From assembly GCF_003018255.1 (NCBI RefSeq), contig NZ_CP027440.1: 64,000 nucleotides of DNA, one strand, 5' to 3'. The notes beneath the pieces are model-generated. The model made no database searches. It saw only the letters and a list, made by a program, of their open reading frames with translations, and was not told the DNA's origin. This document shows positions 23,653 through 34,016 of this stretch, piece after piece (positions within the stretch are counted from its first letter, which is position 1; each line of letters begins with the position of its first letter). The position numbers and the translations under genes were made by a program. The DNA is from Escherichia coli (lineage in GTDB: Bacteria; Pseudomonadota; Gammaproteobacteria; Enterobacterales; Enterobacteriaceae).

Positions 23653-25731
23653 ATGTCATATACACCGATGAGTGATCTCGGACAGCAAGGGTTGTTCGAC
23701 ATCACTCGGACACTATTGCAGCAGCCCGATCTGGCCTCGCTGTGTGAGGCTCTTTCGCAACTGGTAAAGCGTTCTGCGCTCGCCGACAACGCGGCTATTG
23801 TGTTGTGGCAAGCGCAGACTCAACGTGCGTCTTATTACGCATCGCGTGAAAAAGACACCCCCATTAAATATGAAGACGAAACTGTTCTGGCACACGGTCC
23901 GGTACGCAGCATTTTGTCGCGCCCTGATACGCTGCATTGCAGTTACGAAGAATTTTGTGAAACCTGGCCGCAGCTGGCCACAGGTGGGCTATACCCCAAA
24001 TTTGGTCACTATTGCCTGATGCCACTGGCGGCGGAAGGGCATATTTTTGGTGGCTGTGAATTTATTCGTCATGACGATCGCCCCTGGAGCGAAAAAGAGT
24101 TCAATCGTCTGCAAACATTTACGCAGATCGTTTCTGTCGTCACCGAACAAATCCAGAGCCGCGTCGTTAACAATGTCGACTATGAGTTGTTATGCCGGGA
24201 ACGCGATAACTTCCGCATCCTGGTCGCCATCACTAACGCGGTGCTTTCCCGCCTGGATATGGACGAACTGGTCAGCGAAGTCGCCAAAGAAATCCACTAC
24301 TACTTCGACATTGACGATATCAGCATCGTCTTACGCAGCCACCGTAAAAACAAACTCAACATCTACTCCACTCACTATCTTGATAAACAGCATCCCGCTC
24401 ACGAACAGAGCGAAGTCGATGAAGCCGGAACCCTCACCGAACGCGTCTTCAAAAGTAAAGAGATGCTGTTGATTAATCTCCACGAGCGGGACGATTTAGC
24501 CCCCTATGAACGCATGTTGTTCAACACCTGGGGCAACCAGATTCAAACCTTGTGCCTGTTACCGCTGATGTCTGGCGACACCATGCTGGGCGTGCTAAAA
24601 CTGGCGCAATGCGAAGAGAAAGTCTTTACCACTACCAATCTGAGCTTACTGCGCCAGATTGCCGAACGTGTGGCAATCGCTGTCGATAACGCCCTCGCCT
24701 ATCAGGAAATTCATCGTCTGAAAGAACGGCTGGTTGATGAAAACCTCGCCCTGACCGAGCAGCTCAACAATGTTGATAGTGAATTTGGCGAGATTATTGG
24801 CCGCAGCGAAGCCATGTACAGCGTACTTAAACAAGTGGAAATGGTGGCGCAAAGTGACAGTACCGTTCTGATCCTCGGTGAAACTGGTACAGGTAAAGAG
24901 CTGATTGCCCGCGCGATCCATAATCTCAGTGGGCGTAATAATCGCCGTATGGTCAAAATGAACTGCGCGGCGATGCCTGCCGGATTGCTGGAAAGCGATC
25001 TATTTGGTCATGAGCGTGGGGCTTTTACCGGTGCCAGCGCTCAGCGCATTGGTCGTTTTGAACTGGCGGATAAAAGCTCACTATTCCTCGATGAAGTGGG
25101 CGATATGCCGCTGGAGTTACAGCCGAAGTTGCTGCGTGTATTACAGGAACAGGAGTTTGAACGTCTCGGCAGCAACAAAATCATTCAGACGGACGTACGT
25201 TTAATTGCCGCGACTAACCGCGATCTGAAAAAAATGGTCGCCGACCGAGAGTTCCGTAGCGATCTCTATTACCGTCTGAACGTATTCCCGATCCACCTGC
25301 CGCCACTACGCGAGCGTCCGGAAGATATTCCGCTGCTGGCGAAAGCCTTTACCTTCAAAATTGCCCGTCGTCTGGGGCGCAATATCGACAGCATTCCTGC
25401 CGAGACGCTGCGCATCCTGAGCAACATGGAATGGCCGGGCAACGTGCGTGAGCTGGAAAACGTCATTGAGCGCGCGGTATTGCTAACACGCGGCAACGTG
25501 CTGCAGCTGTCATTGCCAGATATTGCTTTACCAGAACCTGAAACGCCGCCTGCCGCAACGGTTGTCGCCCAGGAGGGCGAAGATGAATATCAGTTGATTG
25601 TTCGCGTGCTGAAAGAAACAAACGGCGTGGTTGCCGGGCCTAAAGGCGCTGCGCAACGTCTGGGGCTGAAACGCACGACTCTGCTGTCACGGATGAAGCG
25701 ACTGGGAATTGATAAATCGGCATTGATTTAA
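23653..25731 (+). CDS. fhlA: Formate hydrogenlyase transcriptional activator FhlA (sigma54-dependent)
   Basis: ORF track frame 704 aa; start placed at MSYTPMSDLGQQG (692 aa); GAF-type N-terminal region, AAA+ GETGTGKE and GAFTGA motifs, C-terminal HTH. Confidence 0.95.
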   Translation: MSYTPMSDLGQQGLFDITRTLLQQPDLASLCEALSQLVKRSALADNAAIVLWQAQTQRASYYASREKDTPIKYEDETVLAHGPVRSILSRPDTLHCSYEEFCETWPQLATGGLYPKFGHYCLMPLAAEGHIFGGCEFIRHDDRPWSEKEFNRLQTFTQIVSVVTEQIQSRVVNNVDYELLCRERDNFRILVAITNAVLSRLDMDELVSEVAKEIHYYFDIDDISIVLRSHRKNKLNIYSTHYLDKQHPAHEQSEVDEAGTLTERVFKSKEMLLINLHERDDLAPYERMLFNTWGNQIQTLCLLPLMSGDTMLGVLKLAQCEEKVFTTTNLSLLRQIAERVAIAVDNALAYQEIHRLKERLVDENLALTEQLNNVDSEFGEIIGRSEAMYSVLKQVEMVAQSDSTVLILGETGTGKELIARAIHNLSGRNNRRMVKMNCAAMPAGLLESDLFGHERGAFTGASAQRIGRFELADKSSLFLDEVGDMPLELQPKLLRVLQEQEFERLGSNKIIQTDVRLIAATNRDLKKMVADREFRSDLYYRLNVFPIHLPPLRERPEDIPLLAKAFTFKIARRLGRNIDSIPAETLRILSNMEWPGNVRELENVIERAVLLTRGNVLQLSLPDIALPEPETPPAATVVAQEGEDEYQLIVRVLKETNGVVAGPKGAAQRLGLKRTTLLSRMKRLGIDKSALI

Positions 25732-25775
25732 CAGATGTGGTTATACTCGATCAACATTCAATGAAAGGAGGCAGT

Positions 25776-26204
25776 ATGGCAGTTTCAGCAAGAAATCAAT
25801 TAACCGGAACAGTTAGCACAGTAGCAATGGGCGCTGTGAATGATGAAGTAGAACTGACGCTGGCAGGTGGTGCAAAGCTGGTGGCAATTGTGACTCACAG
25901 CAGCCAGCAAGCGCTGGGTCTGGCGAAAGGGAAAGAAGCGATTGCCCTGATTAAAGCCCCGTGGGTCACGCTGGCAACGGAAGACTGTGGACTGAAATTC
26001 TCTGCTCGCAACCAGTTTGCTGGCAGCGTGTCGACAATCACCGAAGGCGCAGTGAACGCCACTGTCCATATCAAAACGGATGCGGGTTTTGAAATTGTGG
26101 CAGTGGTAACAAATGAAAGTCAGGATGAAATGAAACTCACCACTGGCTCGCGCGTTATTGCATTGATCAAAGCATCAGCCATCCTGATTGCCACCAAAGC
26201 GTAA
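25776..26204 (+). CDS. Small di-Mop (tandem TOBE-domain) molybdate/tungstate-binding protein (molbindin)
   Basis: ORF track frame 25737..26204; start placed at ATG 25776 preceded by AAAGGAGG; two tandem ~70-aa repeats each beginning SARNQ(L/F)xG..S and ending ALIKA (MAVSARNQLTGTVS...ALIKAPWV / FSARNQFAGSVS...ALIKASAI). Confidence 0.75.
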   Translation: MAVSARNQLTGTVSTVAMGAVNDEVELTLAGGAKLVAIVTHSSQQALGLAKGKEAIALIKAPWVTLATEDCGLKFSARNQFAGSVSTITEGAVNATVHIKTDAGFEIVAVVTNESQDEMKLTTGSRVIALIKASAILIATKA

Positions 26205-26215
26205 ACGCCTTATTT

Positions 26216-26250
26216 GCCGGAGAGTATGGCTCTCCGGCAGATTTATTTCT
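26216..26250 (+). terminator. Rho-independent terminator after the di-Mop gene (convergent with ygbA)
   Basis: GCCGGAGAG-TATGG-CTCTCCGGC hairpin followed by AGATTTATTTCTTT. Confidence 0.65.
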
Positions 26251-26587
26251 TTGGACGATATTTTTCTGGCAACTCCGGCACCGGACGCTTGTCATCGATG
26301 AGATGACGCACGGTTAAGATCGGATGACGCCACAGCATTCTCGGCCCGGCCCAACGCATAATCTGTTTCATCTCTTCACGCTTTGCAGGCTGGTAACAGT
26401 GCACCGGACACTGCTTACAGGCTGGTTTCTCTTCACCGAACACACATTTATCCAGCCGCTTTTGCGCGTAAGCAAACAACGCCTCGTAATGCTCCGGCTC
26501 TGCTGACGCCTGCGGGCATTTCGCTTGATAAAGATCGATCATTTTTTTAATCGTCAGTTTTTCACGAGAGATACGCTTGCCGGACAT
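26243..26587 (-). CDS. ygbA: Nitrous oxide-stimulated promoter family protein YgbA
   Basis: ORF track 114 aa; Cys-rich small protein (CPQ...CKQCPVHCYQ); position between fhlA region and mutS, divergent from mutS. Confidence 0.88.
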   Translation of the reverse strand: MSGKRISREKLTIKKMIDLYQAKCPQASAEPEHYEALFAYAQKRLDKCVFGEEKPACKQCPVHCYQPAKREEMKQIMRWAGPRMLWRHPILTVRHLIDDKRPVPELPEKYRPKK

Positions 26588-26604
26588 GCTGCCTCCATAC
26601 TCTT

Positions 26605-26627
26605 AAGGTGCATTTATATTACAACTT
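26605..26627. promoter_or_regulatory. NsrR-like operator (imperfect 11-1-11 inverted repeat) in the ygbA promoter region
   Basis: AAGGTGCATTTATATTACAACTT lies 18-40 nt upstream of the ygbA start codon; resembles the NsrR consensus as I recall it (AAGATGCATTT-N-AAATGCATCTT). Confidence 0.55.
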
Positions 26628-26872
26628 AATTTTAAAGGGGACTATGGCTCTGAAGGAGGAGGTTTCTTCAACCGACGAATTTGGCGATCTTGTTTCATCG
26701 TCATCACGCAAAAGCTGCAAAGCAGCATTTTTCGCGGAACCGACATCAAGAACTCACCTTTCGCGTCTTCCCCTGAAATGATTAACTCCGGTATCATGTG
26801 CGCCTTATGTGATTACAACGAAAATAAAAACCATCACACTACATTTAACATCAGGGAGCCGGACTTAACCCC

Positions 26873-29434
26873 ATGAGAACAATAGAAAATTTCGACGCCC
26901 ATACGCCTATGATGCAGCAGTATCTCAAGCTGAAAGCCCAGCATCCCGAGATCCTGCTGTTTTACCGGATGGGCGACTTTTATGAACTGTTTTATGACGA
27001 CGCAAAACGGGCGTCGCAACTGCTGGATATTTCACTGACCAAACGCGGTGCTTCAGCGGGAGAGCCAATCCCGATGGCGGGGATTCCCTACCATGCGGTG
27101 GAAAACTACCTCGCCAAACTGGTGAATCAGGGCGAATCGGTTGCTATTTGTGAACAGATTGGCGATCCGGCGACCAGCAAAGGGCCGGTCGAGCGCAAAG
27201 TTGTCCGTATCGTTACGCCGGGCACCATCAGCGATGAAGCGCTGTTGCAGGAACGTCAGGACAACCTGCTGGCGGCTATCTGGCAGGACAGCAAGGGGTT
27301 CGGCTACGCCACGCTGGATATCAGCTCCGGGCGTTTTCGCCTGAGCGAACCGGCGGACCGCGAAACGATGGCGGCAGAACTGCAACGTACGAATCCAGCG
27401 GAATTACTGTATGCGGAAGATTTCGCCGAGATGTCGCTGATTGAAGGTCGCCGCGGCCTGCGTCGTCGCCCGCTGTGGGAGTTTGAAATCGACACCGCTC
27501 GCCAGCAATTGAACCTGCAATTTGGCACCCGAGATCTGGTCGGTTTTGGTGTGGAGAACGCACCACGCGGACTTTGTGCTGCCGGTTGTCTGTTGCAGTA
27601 TGCGAAAGATACCCAACGCACGACCCTGCCGCATATTCGTTCTATCACTATGGAACGTCAGCAGGACAGCATCATTATGGATGCCGCGACGCGTCGTAAC
27701 CTGGAAATTACTCAGAACCTGGCCGGCGGTGCGGAAAATACGCTGGCTTCAGTGCTCGACTGTACTGTAACGCCGATGGGTAGTCGTATGCTGAAACGCT
27801 GGCTGCATATGCCAGTGCGCGATACCCGCGTGTTGCTTGAGCGCCAGCAAACTATTGGCGCATTGCAGGATTTCACCGCCGAGCTGCAGCCGGTACTGCG
27901 TCAGGTCGGCGACCTGGAACGTATTCTGGCGCGTCTGGCTTTACGAACTGCTCGTCCACGCGATCTGGCCCGTATGCGTCACGCTTTCCAGCAACTGCCG
28001 GAGCTGCGCGCGCAACTGGAAGGTGTCGATAGCGCCCCGGTACAAGCACTGCGTGAGAAGATGGGCGAGTTTGCCGAACTGCGCGACCTGCTGGAGCGAG
28101 CAATCATCGACACGCCGCCGGTGCTGGTACGCGACGGTGGTGTTATTGCGACTGGTTATAACGAAGAACTGGATGAATGGCGCGCGCTGGCTGACGGCGC
28201 GACCGATTATCTGGAGCGTCTGGAAGTCCGCGAGCGTGAACGTACTGGCCTGGACACCCTGAAAGTCGGCTTTAACGCGGTTCATGGTTATTACATTCAG
28301 ATCAGCCGTGGACAAAGCCATCTGGCACCCATCAATTACATGCGTCGCCAGACGCTGAAAAACGCCGAGCGCTACATTATTCCAGAGCTAAAAGAGTACG
28401 AAGACAAAGTTCTCACTTCAAAAGGCAAAGCACTGGCACTGGAAAAACAGCTTTATGAAGAGTTGTTCGACCTGCTGTTGCCGCATCTGGAAGCGTTGCA
28501 ACAGAGCGCGAGCGCGCTGGCGGAACTCGACGTGCTGGTGAACCTGGCGGAACGGGCCTATACGCTGAACTACACCTGCCCGACCTTTATTGATAAACCG
28601 GGTATTCGCATCACCGAAGGCCGCCATCCGGTGGTTGAACAGGTGCTGAATGAGCCGTTTATCGCCAACCCGCTGAACCTGTCGCCGCAGCGTCGCATGT
28701 TGATCATTACCGGTCCGAATATGGGCGGTAAAAGTACCTATATGCGCCAGACCGCACTGATTGCGCTGATGGCCTACATCGGCAGCTATGTACCGGCACA
28801 AAAAGTCGAGATTGGACCTATCGATCGCATCTTTACCCGCGTAGGGGCAGCGGATGATCTGGCATCCGGGCGTTCAACCTTTATGGTGGAAATGACCGAA
28901 ACCGCCAATATTTTACATAACGCCACCGAGTACAGTCTGGTGCTGATGGATGAGATTGGGCGTGGAACGTCCACTTACGATGGTCTGTCGCTGGCGTGGG
29001 CGTGCGCGGAAAATCTGGCGAATAAGATTAAAGCGTTGACGTTGTTTGCTACCCACTATTTCGAGCTGACCCAGTTACCGGAGAAAATGGAAGGCGTCGC
29101 CAACGTGCATCTCGATGCACTGGAGCACGGCGACACCATTGCCTTTATGCACAGCGTGCAGGATGGCGCAGCGAGCAAAAGCTACGGCCTGGCGGTTGCA
29201 GCTCTGGCCGGCGTGCCAAAAGAGGTTATTAAGCGCGCACGGCAAAAACTGCGTGAGCTGGAAAGCATTTCGCCGAACGCCGCCGCTACGCAAGTGGATG
29301 GTACGCAAATGTCTTTGCTGTCAGTGCCAGAAGAAACGTCGCCTGCGGTCGAAGCACTGGAAAATCTCGACCCGGATTCACTGACTCCGCGTCAGGCGCT
29401 GGAGTGGATTTATCGCTTGAAGAGTCTGGTGTAA
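26873..29434 (+). CDS. mutS: DNA mismatch repair protein MutS
   Basis: ORF track 853 aa; Walker [10 protein letters not shown], conserved mismatch-binding N-terminus (GDFYELF). Confidence 0.97.
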   Translation: MRTIENFDAHTPMMQQYLKLKAQHPEILLFYRMGDFYELFYDDAKRASQLLDISLTKRGASAGEPIPMAGIPYHAVENYLAKLVNQGESVAICEQIGDPATSKGPVERKVVRIVTPGTISDEALLQERQDNLLAAIWQDSKGFGYATLDISSGRFRLSEPADRETMAAELQRTNPAELLYAEDFAEMSLIEGRRGLRRRPLWEFEIDTARQQLNLQFGTRDLVGFGVENAPRGLCAAGCLLQYAKDTQRTTLPHIRSITMERQQDSIIMDAATRRNLEITQNLAGGAENTLASVLDCTVTPMGSRMLKRWLHMPVRDTRVLLERQQTIGALQDFTAELQPVLRQVGDLERILARLALRTARPRDLARMRHAFQQLPELRAQLEGVDSAPVQALREKMGEFAELRDLLERAIIDTPPVLVRDGGVIATGYNEELDEWRALADGATDYLERLEVRERERTGLDTLKVGFNAVHGYYIQISRGQSHLAPINYMRRQTLKNAERYIIPELKEYEDKVLTSKGKALALEKQLYEELFDLLLPHLEALQQSASALAELDVLVNLAERAYTLNYTCPTFIDKPGIRITEGRHPVVEQVLNEPFIANPLNLSPQRRMLIITGPNMGGKSTYMRQTALIALMAYIGSYVPAQKVEIGPIDRIFTRVGAADDLASGRSTFMVEMTETANILHNATEYSLVLMDEIGRGTSTYDGLSLAWACAENLANKIKALTLFATHYFELTQLPEKMEGVANVHLDALEHGDTIAFMHSVQDGAASKSYGLAVAALAGVPKEVIKRARQKLRELESISPNAAATQVDGTQMSLLSVPEETSPAVEALENLDPDSLTPRQALEWIYRLKSLV

Positions 29435-29440
29435 TAACAA

Positions 29441-29475
29441 TTCCCGATAGTCTTTTGCTATCGGGAATATTAACG
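29441..29475 (+). terminator. Putative mutS terminator hairpin
   Basis: TTCCCGATAG-TCTTTTG-CTATCGGGAA perfect 10-bp stem 7 nt after the mutS stop; weak U-tract. Confidence 0.5.
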
Positions 29476-29539
29476 ACAACTGACGAATCAAATAAAAATA
29501 CCCTGTATAATAGGAAATCTTATTTTACAGGGTAAAACC

Positions 29540-30196
29540 ATGCCATCTACACGCTACCAAAAAATCAATGCCCATCACTATCACCATATATGGGCCGTTG
29601 GTGATATTCATGGTGACTATCAATTATTACAATCCCGCTTACATCAACTCTCTTTTTGTCCTGAAACCGACTTGCTTATTTCTGTCGGCGATAACATCGA
29701 TCGTGGGCCCGAGAGTCTTAACGTGCTGCGCCTGTTAAACCAGCCCTGGTTTATCTCCGTCAAAGGCAACCACGAAGCGATGGCGCTTGAGGCATTCGAA
29801 ACTGGCGATGGAAATATGTGGCTTGCCAGCGGTGGTGACTGGTTTTTCGATTTAAATGATTCAGAGCAACAAGAGGCAATAGATCTGTTGCTGAAATTCC
29901 ATCACCTTCCACATATTATTGAAATCACTAACGACACCATAAAATATGTCATCGCACATGCAGATTATCCGGGGAAGGAGTATCAGTTTGGCAAAGAAAT
30001 AGCGGAGAGCGAATTACTCTGGCCTGTTGATCGTGTGCAGAAATCACTTAATAGCGAATTACAAAAAATAAACGGCGCTGATTATTTTATATTTGGACAT
30101 ATGATGTTTGATAACATTCAGACGTTCGCAAACCAGATTTATATTGATACCGGATCGCCGAAAAGCGGGCGGCTGTCATTTTATAAAATAAAGTAG
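29540..30196 (+). CDS. pphB: Serine/threonine protein phosphatase 2 (lambda-PPase-like metallophosphatase)
   Basis: ORF track 218 aa; metallophosphatase motifs GDIHG, GDNIDRG, GNHE; AT-rich relative to neighbours. Confidence 0.92.
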   Translation: MPSTRYQKINAHHYHHIWAVGDIHGDYQLLQSRLHQLSFCPETDLLISVGDNIDRGPESLNVLRLLNQPWFISVKGNHEAMALEAFETGDGNMWLASGGDWFFDLNDSEQQEAIDLLLKFHHLPHIIEITNDTIKYVIAHADYPGKEYQFGKEIAESELLWPVDRVQKSLNSELQKINGADYFIFGHMMFDNIQTFANQIYIDTGSPKSGRLSFYKIK

Positions 30197-30246
30197 TCTC
30201 ATGCTTCTTCTGTGAAGCATGAGTAACCCGGCGTTATTGCAGGTCA

Positions 30247-31016
30247 TTATTCATTTTTCGCTACCAGCAAAGAGAGATCCAGCTTCGCCAGCGCGCGGCT
30301 GGCACTCTCCGGCAGACCATCGTCAGTAATGATCTGATCAAACTCGCTTAATGGTAACGCCAGCCATGTCGCCACCTGTCCATATTTCGTCGCATCACAG
30401 ACCAAAACTCGCTGGCGGCTGGCACTGGCAATCGCCCGTTTCACCGTGACTTTATCTTCTGCTGGCGTAGAGATCCCCCGCACACTCCATGACGATGCAG
30501 AAATAAAAGCCTGATCAATCATCAGGCTACGCAGCATGGTCGCAGCGGCTTCCCCAACACAGGAACGGTTTTCCCGACACACTGCGCCGCCAGTGTGAAT
30601 AATTGTGCAATTACTGTTGTCGAGCAAGTAGTCCGCAATAACGAAGTCGTTAGTAACCACTGTGAGTGGCTCCATGTGAGTCAGATGCTGTGCAATCGCT
30701 AACGTGGTCGTTCCCGCATCCAGATAGATACAACGTCCCGGCTGAACAAGACTTGCCGCCAGCTTGCCAATAGCCGCTTTTTGCGTCATTGCCAGCGCAG
30801 TTTTTACCTGATGAGAAGGTTCATGCGCCACCCGTCCCGGAGACTGGACGCCCCCGGACACCAACACAACGGCTCCCTGCTGCTCCAGTTTTTGTAAATC
30901 CCGACGAATGGTCATATGTGACACATTCATTCTGTCCGTTAGTTCAGCAATACTAACAATGCCTTTTTCAGCTACCATCTCAAGGATGATTTGGCGACGC
31001 TCTACGGGTATCAACT
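30247..31016 (-). CDS. ygbI: DeoR-family transcriptional regulator
   Basis: ORF track frame 30247..31044 (265 aa from ATG); the conserved N-terminus as I recall it (MIPVERRQIILEMV...) would correspond to a TTG start at 31016 preceded by AGGAAGGA; DeoR HTH plus sugar-binding domain. Start codon uncertain (31016 vs 31044). Confidence 0.85.
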
Positions 31017-31209
31017 TTTGCTCCTTCCTTTGTCCTGCTGACATTCTACGCTATTTGCCTGCGAAACGTGCGCGGCGCAACTAACGCTTAGTTCACATAA
31101 AATAACATACAATGTTAATTTTTGTGAATCAGCTCACCATATCGTTATCTTTCCGCGCTTATATTCACAACATCAAACAAAATATCACTTAAATTAACAA
31201 GGAGAGCAG

Positions 31210-32118
31210 ATGAAAACGGGATCGGAGTTTCATGTCGGTATCGTTGGCTTAGGGTCAATGGGAATGGGAGCAGCACTGTCATGTGTCCGCGCAGGTCTTT
31301 CTACCTGGGGCGCAGACCTGAACAGCAATGCCTGCGCTACGTTGAAAGAGGCAGGTGCTTGCGGAGTTTCTGATAACGCCGCGACGTTTGCCGAAAAACT
31401 GGACGCTCTGCTGGTGCTGGTGGTCAATGCGGCCCAGGTTAAACAGGTGCTGTTTGGTGAAACAGGCGTTGCACAACATCTGAAACCCGGTACGGCAGTA
31501 ATGGTTTCTTCCACTATCGCCAGTGCTGATGCGCAAGAAATTGCTACCGCTCTGGCTGGATTCGATCTGGAAATGCTGGATGCGCCAGTTTCTGGTGGTG
31601 CAGTAAAAGCCGCTAACGGTGAAATGACTGTCATGGCCTCCGGTAGCGATATTGCCTTTGAACGACTAGCACCCGTGCTGGAAGCCGTTGCCGGAAAAGT
31701 TTATCGCATAGGTGCAGAACCGGGACTAGGTTCGACCGTAAAAATTATTCACCAGTTGTTAGCGGGCGTACATATTGCTGCCGGAGCCGAAGCGATGGCA
31801 CTTGCAGCCCGTGCGGGGATCCCGCTGGATGTGATGTATGACGTCGTGACCAATGCCGCCGGAAATTCATGGATGTTCGAAAACCGGATGCGTCATGTGG
31901 TGGATGGCGATTACACCCCGCATTCAGCCGTCGATATTTTTGTTAAGGATCTTGGTCTGGTTGCCGATACCGCCAAAGCCCTGCACTTCCCGCTGCCATT
32001 GGCCTCAACAGCATTGAATATGTTCACCAGCGCCAGTAACGCGGGTTACGGGAAAGAAGACGATAGCGCAGTTATCAAGATTTTCTCTGGCATCACCCTA
32101 CCGGGAGCGAAATCATGA
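31210..32118 (+). CDS. ygbJ: NAD-dependent beta-hydroxyacid dehydrogenase (L-threonate dehydrogenase-like)
   Basis: ORF track 302 aa; N-terminal Rossmann GxGxxG (VGIVGLGSMG), 3-hydroxyisobutyrate dehydrogenase family. Confidence 0.92.
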   Translation: MKTGSEFHVGIVGLGSMGMGAALSCVRAGLSTWGADLNSNACATLKEAGACGVSDNAATFAEKLDALLVLVVNAAQVKQVLFGETGVAQHLKPGTAVMVSSTIASADAQEIATALAGFDLEMLDAPVSGGAVKAANGEMTVMASGSDIAFERLAPVLEAVAGKVYRIGAEPGLGSTVKIIHQLLAGVHIAAGAEAMALAARAGIPLDVMYDVVTNAAGNSWMFENRMRHVVDGDYTPHSAVDIFVKDLGLVADTAKALHFPLPLASTALNMFTSASNAGYGKEDDSAVIKIFSGITLPGAKS

Positions 32119-33377
32119 TCAAGATTGGCGTTATCGCCGATGATTTTACCGGCGCGACGGATATCGCCAGTTTTCTGGTGGAAAACGGTCTACCAACGGT
32201 ACAAATTAACGGTGTTCCAACAGGTAAAATGCCGGAAGCAATCGACGCACTGGTGATCAGCCTGAAAACGCGCTCCTGTCCGGTGGTTGAAGCCACACAG
32301 CAATCGCTGGCGGCTCTGAGCTGGTTGCAACAGCAAGGTTGCAAACAGATCTATTTCAAATACTGCTCTACTTTCGACAGTTCGGCGAAAGGTAATATCG
32401 GCCCGGTTACCGATGCATTAATGGATGCTCTCGACACGCCGTTTACGGTCTTCTCTCCGGCCCTGCCGGTCAACGGACGTACGGTTTATCAGGGGTATTT
32501 GTTCGTAATGAATCAACTGCTGGCCGAATCCGGGATGCGCCATCACCCGGTAAATCCCATGACCGACAGCTATCTTCCCCGTCTGGTTGAAGCGCAATCC
32601 ACAGGGCGCTGCGGCGTCGTTTCGGCACATGTTTTCGAACAAGGTGTGGATGCCGTTCGTCAGGAGCTGGCTCGCTTACAGCAAGAGGGCTACCGCTACG
32701 CGGTGCTTGATGCGCTGACCGAACACCATCTGGAAATTCAGGGAGAAGCCTTGCGCGATACCCCACTGGTAACGGGCGGTTCTGGTCTGGCGATTGGCCT
32801 TGCCCGGCAGTGGGCGCAAGAAAACGGTAACCAGGCTCGCGAAGCAGGGCGTCCGCTCGCTGGGCGCGGCGTAGTGCTCTCCGGTTCATGCTCTCAAATG
32901 ACCAACCGCCAGGTGGCACATTACCGTCAAATTGCACCAGCCCGTGAGGTTGATGTGGCACGCTGCCTCTCAACCGAAACTCTGGCCGCTTATGCACACG
33001 AGCTGGCAGAGTGGGTTCTGGGCCAGGAAAGTGTACTTGCTCCACTGGTTTTTGCCACCGCCAGCACTGACGCATTGGCAGCAATTCAACAGCAATACGG
33101 TGCACAAAAAGCCAGTCAGGCAGTGGAAACACTGTTTTCTCAACTAGCGGCGCGGTTAGCAGCGGAAGGCGTGACACGCTTTATTGTCGCAGGCGGTGAG
33201 ACCTCCGGCGTAGTCACACAGAGCCTGGGCATAAAAGGTTTTCATATTGGCCCAACCATTTCCCCCGGCGTGCCGTGGGTAAACGCACTGGATAAGCCTG
33301 TCTCACTCGCCCTTAAATCTGGCAACTTCGGTGATGAAGCCTTTTTTTCACGAGCCCAAAGAGAGTTTTTATCATGA
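32115..33377 (+). CDS. ygbK: DUF1537-family acid-sugar kinase (3-oxo-tetronate kinase-like)
   Basis: ORF track 420 aa; N-terminal MIKIGVIADDFTGATD typical of the four-carbon acid sugar kinase family; operon position. Confidence 0.9.
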   Translation: MIKIGVIADDFTGATDIASFLVENGLPTVQINGVPTGKMPEAIDALVISLKTRSCPVVEATQQSLAALSWLQQQGCKQIYFKYCSTFDSSAKGNIGPVTDALMDALDTPFTVFSPALPVNGRTVYQGYLFVMNQLLAESGMRHHPVNPMTDSYLPRLVEAQSTGRCGVVSAHVFEQGVDAVRQELARLQQEGYRYAVLDALTEHHLEIQGEALRDTPLVTGGSGLAIGLARQWAQENGNQAREAGRPLAGRGVVLSGSCSQMTNRQVAHYRQIAPAREVDVARCLSTETLAAYAHELAEWVLGQESVLAPLVFATASTDALAAIQQQYGAQKASQAVETLFSQLAARLAAEGVTRFIVAGGETSGVVTQSLGIKGFHIGPTISPGVPWVNALDKPVSLALKSGNFGDEAFFSRAQREFLS

Positions 33378-34012
33378 GCGATTTCGCAAAAGTAGAGCAG
33401 TCTTTGCGAGAGGAGATGACGCGGATTGCCAGTTCATTCTTTCAGCGCGGATATGCAACTGGTTCGGCTGGCAATCTGTCGCTGCTTTTACCTGACGGGA
33501 ATTTACTGGCGACACCGACAGGTTCATGCCTGGGCAATCTCGATCCGCAGCGGCTTTCCAAAGTCACCGCGGATGGCGAATGGTTAAGTGGTGACAAACC
33601 CTCGAAAGAGGTGCTCTTTCATCTGGCGCTGTATCGCAACAATCCGCGCTGTAAAGCGGTAGTGCATTTGCACAGTACGTGGTCGACGGCGCTTTCCTGC
33701 CTGGAAGGGCTGGACAGCAATAACGTTATTCGGCCGTTCACACCATACGTGGTGATGCGGATGGGAAACGTCCCGCTGGTGCCCTATTACCGACCGGGCG
33801 ATAAACGCATCGCACAGGATCTGGCGGAACTGGCAGCAGACAATCAGGCTTTTTTACTGGCAAATCATGGCCCAGTGGTTTGCGGTGAAAGCCTGCAAGA
33901 AGCCGCCAACAATATGGAAGAGCTAGAGGAAACGGCAAAGCTGATTTTTATTCTCGGTGACCGCCCGATCCGTTATCTGACCGCAGGTGAAATTGCGGAA
34001 TTAAGGAGTTAA
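33374..34012 (+). CDS. ygbL: Class II aldolase/adducin-family protein (3-oxo-tetronate 4-phosphate decarboxylase-like)
   Basis: ORF track 212 aa; class II aldolase fold signatures (HLHS, NHG), operon position. Confidence 0.9.
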   Translation: MSDFAKVEQSLREEMTRIASSFFQRGYATGSAGNLSLLLPDGNLLATPTGSCLGNLDPQRLSKVTADGEWLSGDKPSKEVLFHLALYRNNPRCKAVVHLHSTWSTALSCLEGLDSNNVIRPFTPYVVMRMGNVPLVPYYRPGDKRIAQDLAELAADNQAFLLANHGPVVCGESLQEAANNMEELEETAKLIFILGDRPIRYLTAGEIAELRS

Positions 34013-34016
34013 TGCA

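Noticed and set aside
26644-26778. 44-codon ORF in the ygbA-mutS intergenic region
   Set aside because: GGGGA lies only 2-3 nt before the ATG (poor spacing), no conservation evidence available, and the region is the divergent promoter zone; kept only as a note in a finding.
30198-30223. Hairpin CTCATGCTTC-TTCTGT-GAAGCATGAG between convergent pphB and ygbI as a terminator
   Set aside because: Perfect 10-bp stem but no adjoining U-tract on either strand; may still be a transcript-stabilising or Rho-dependent element, so not called as an intrinsic terminator.
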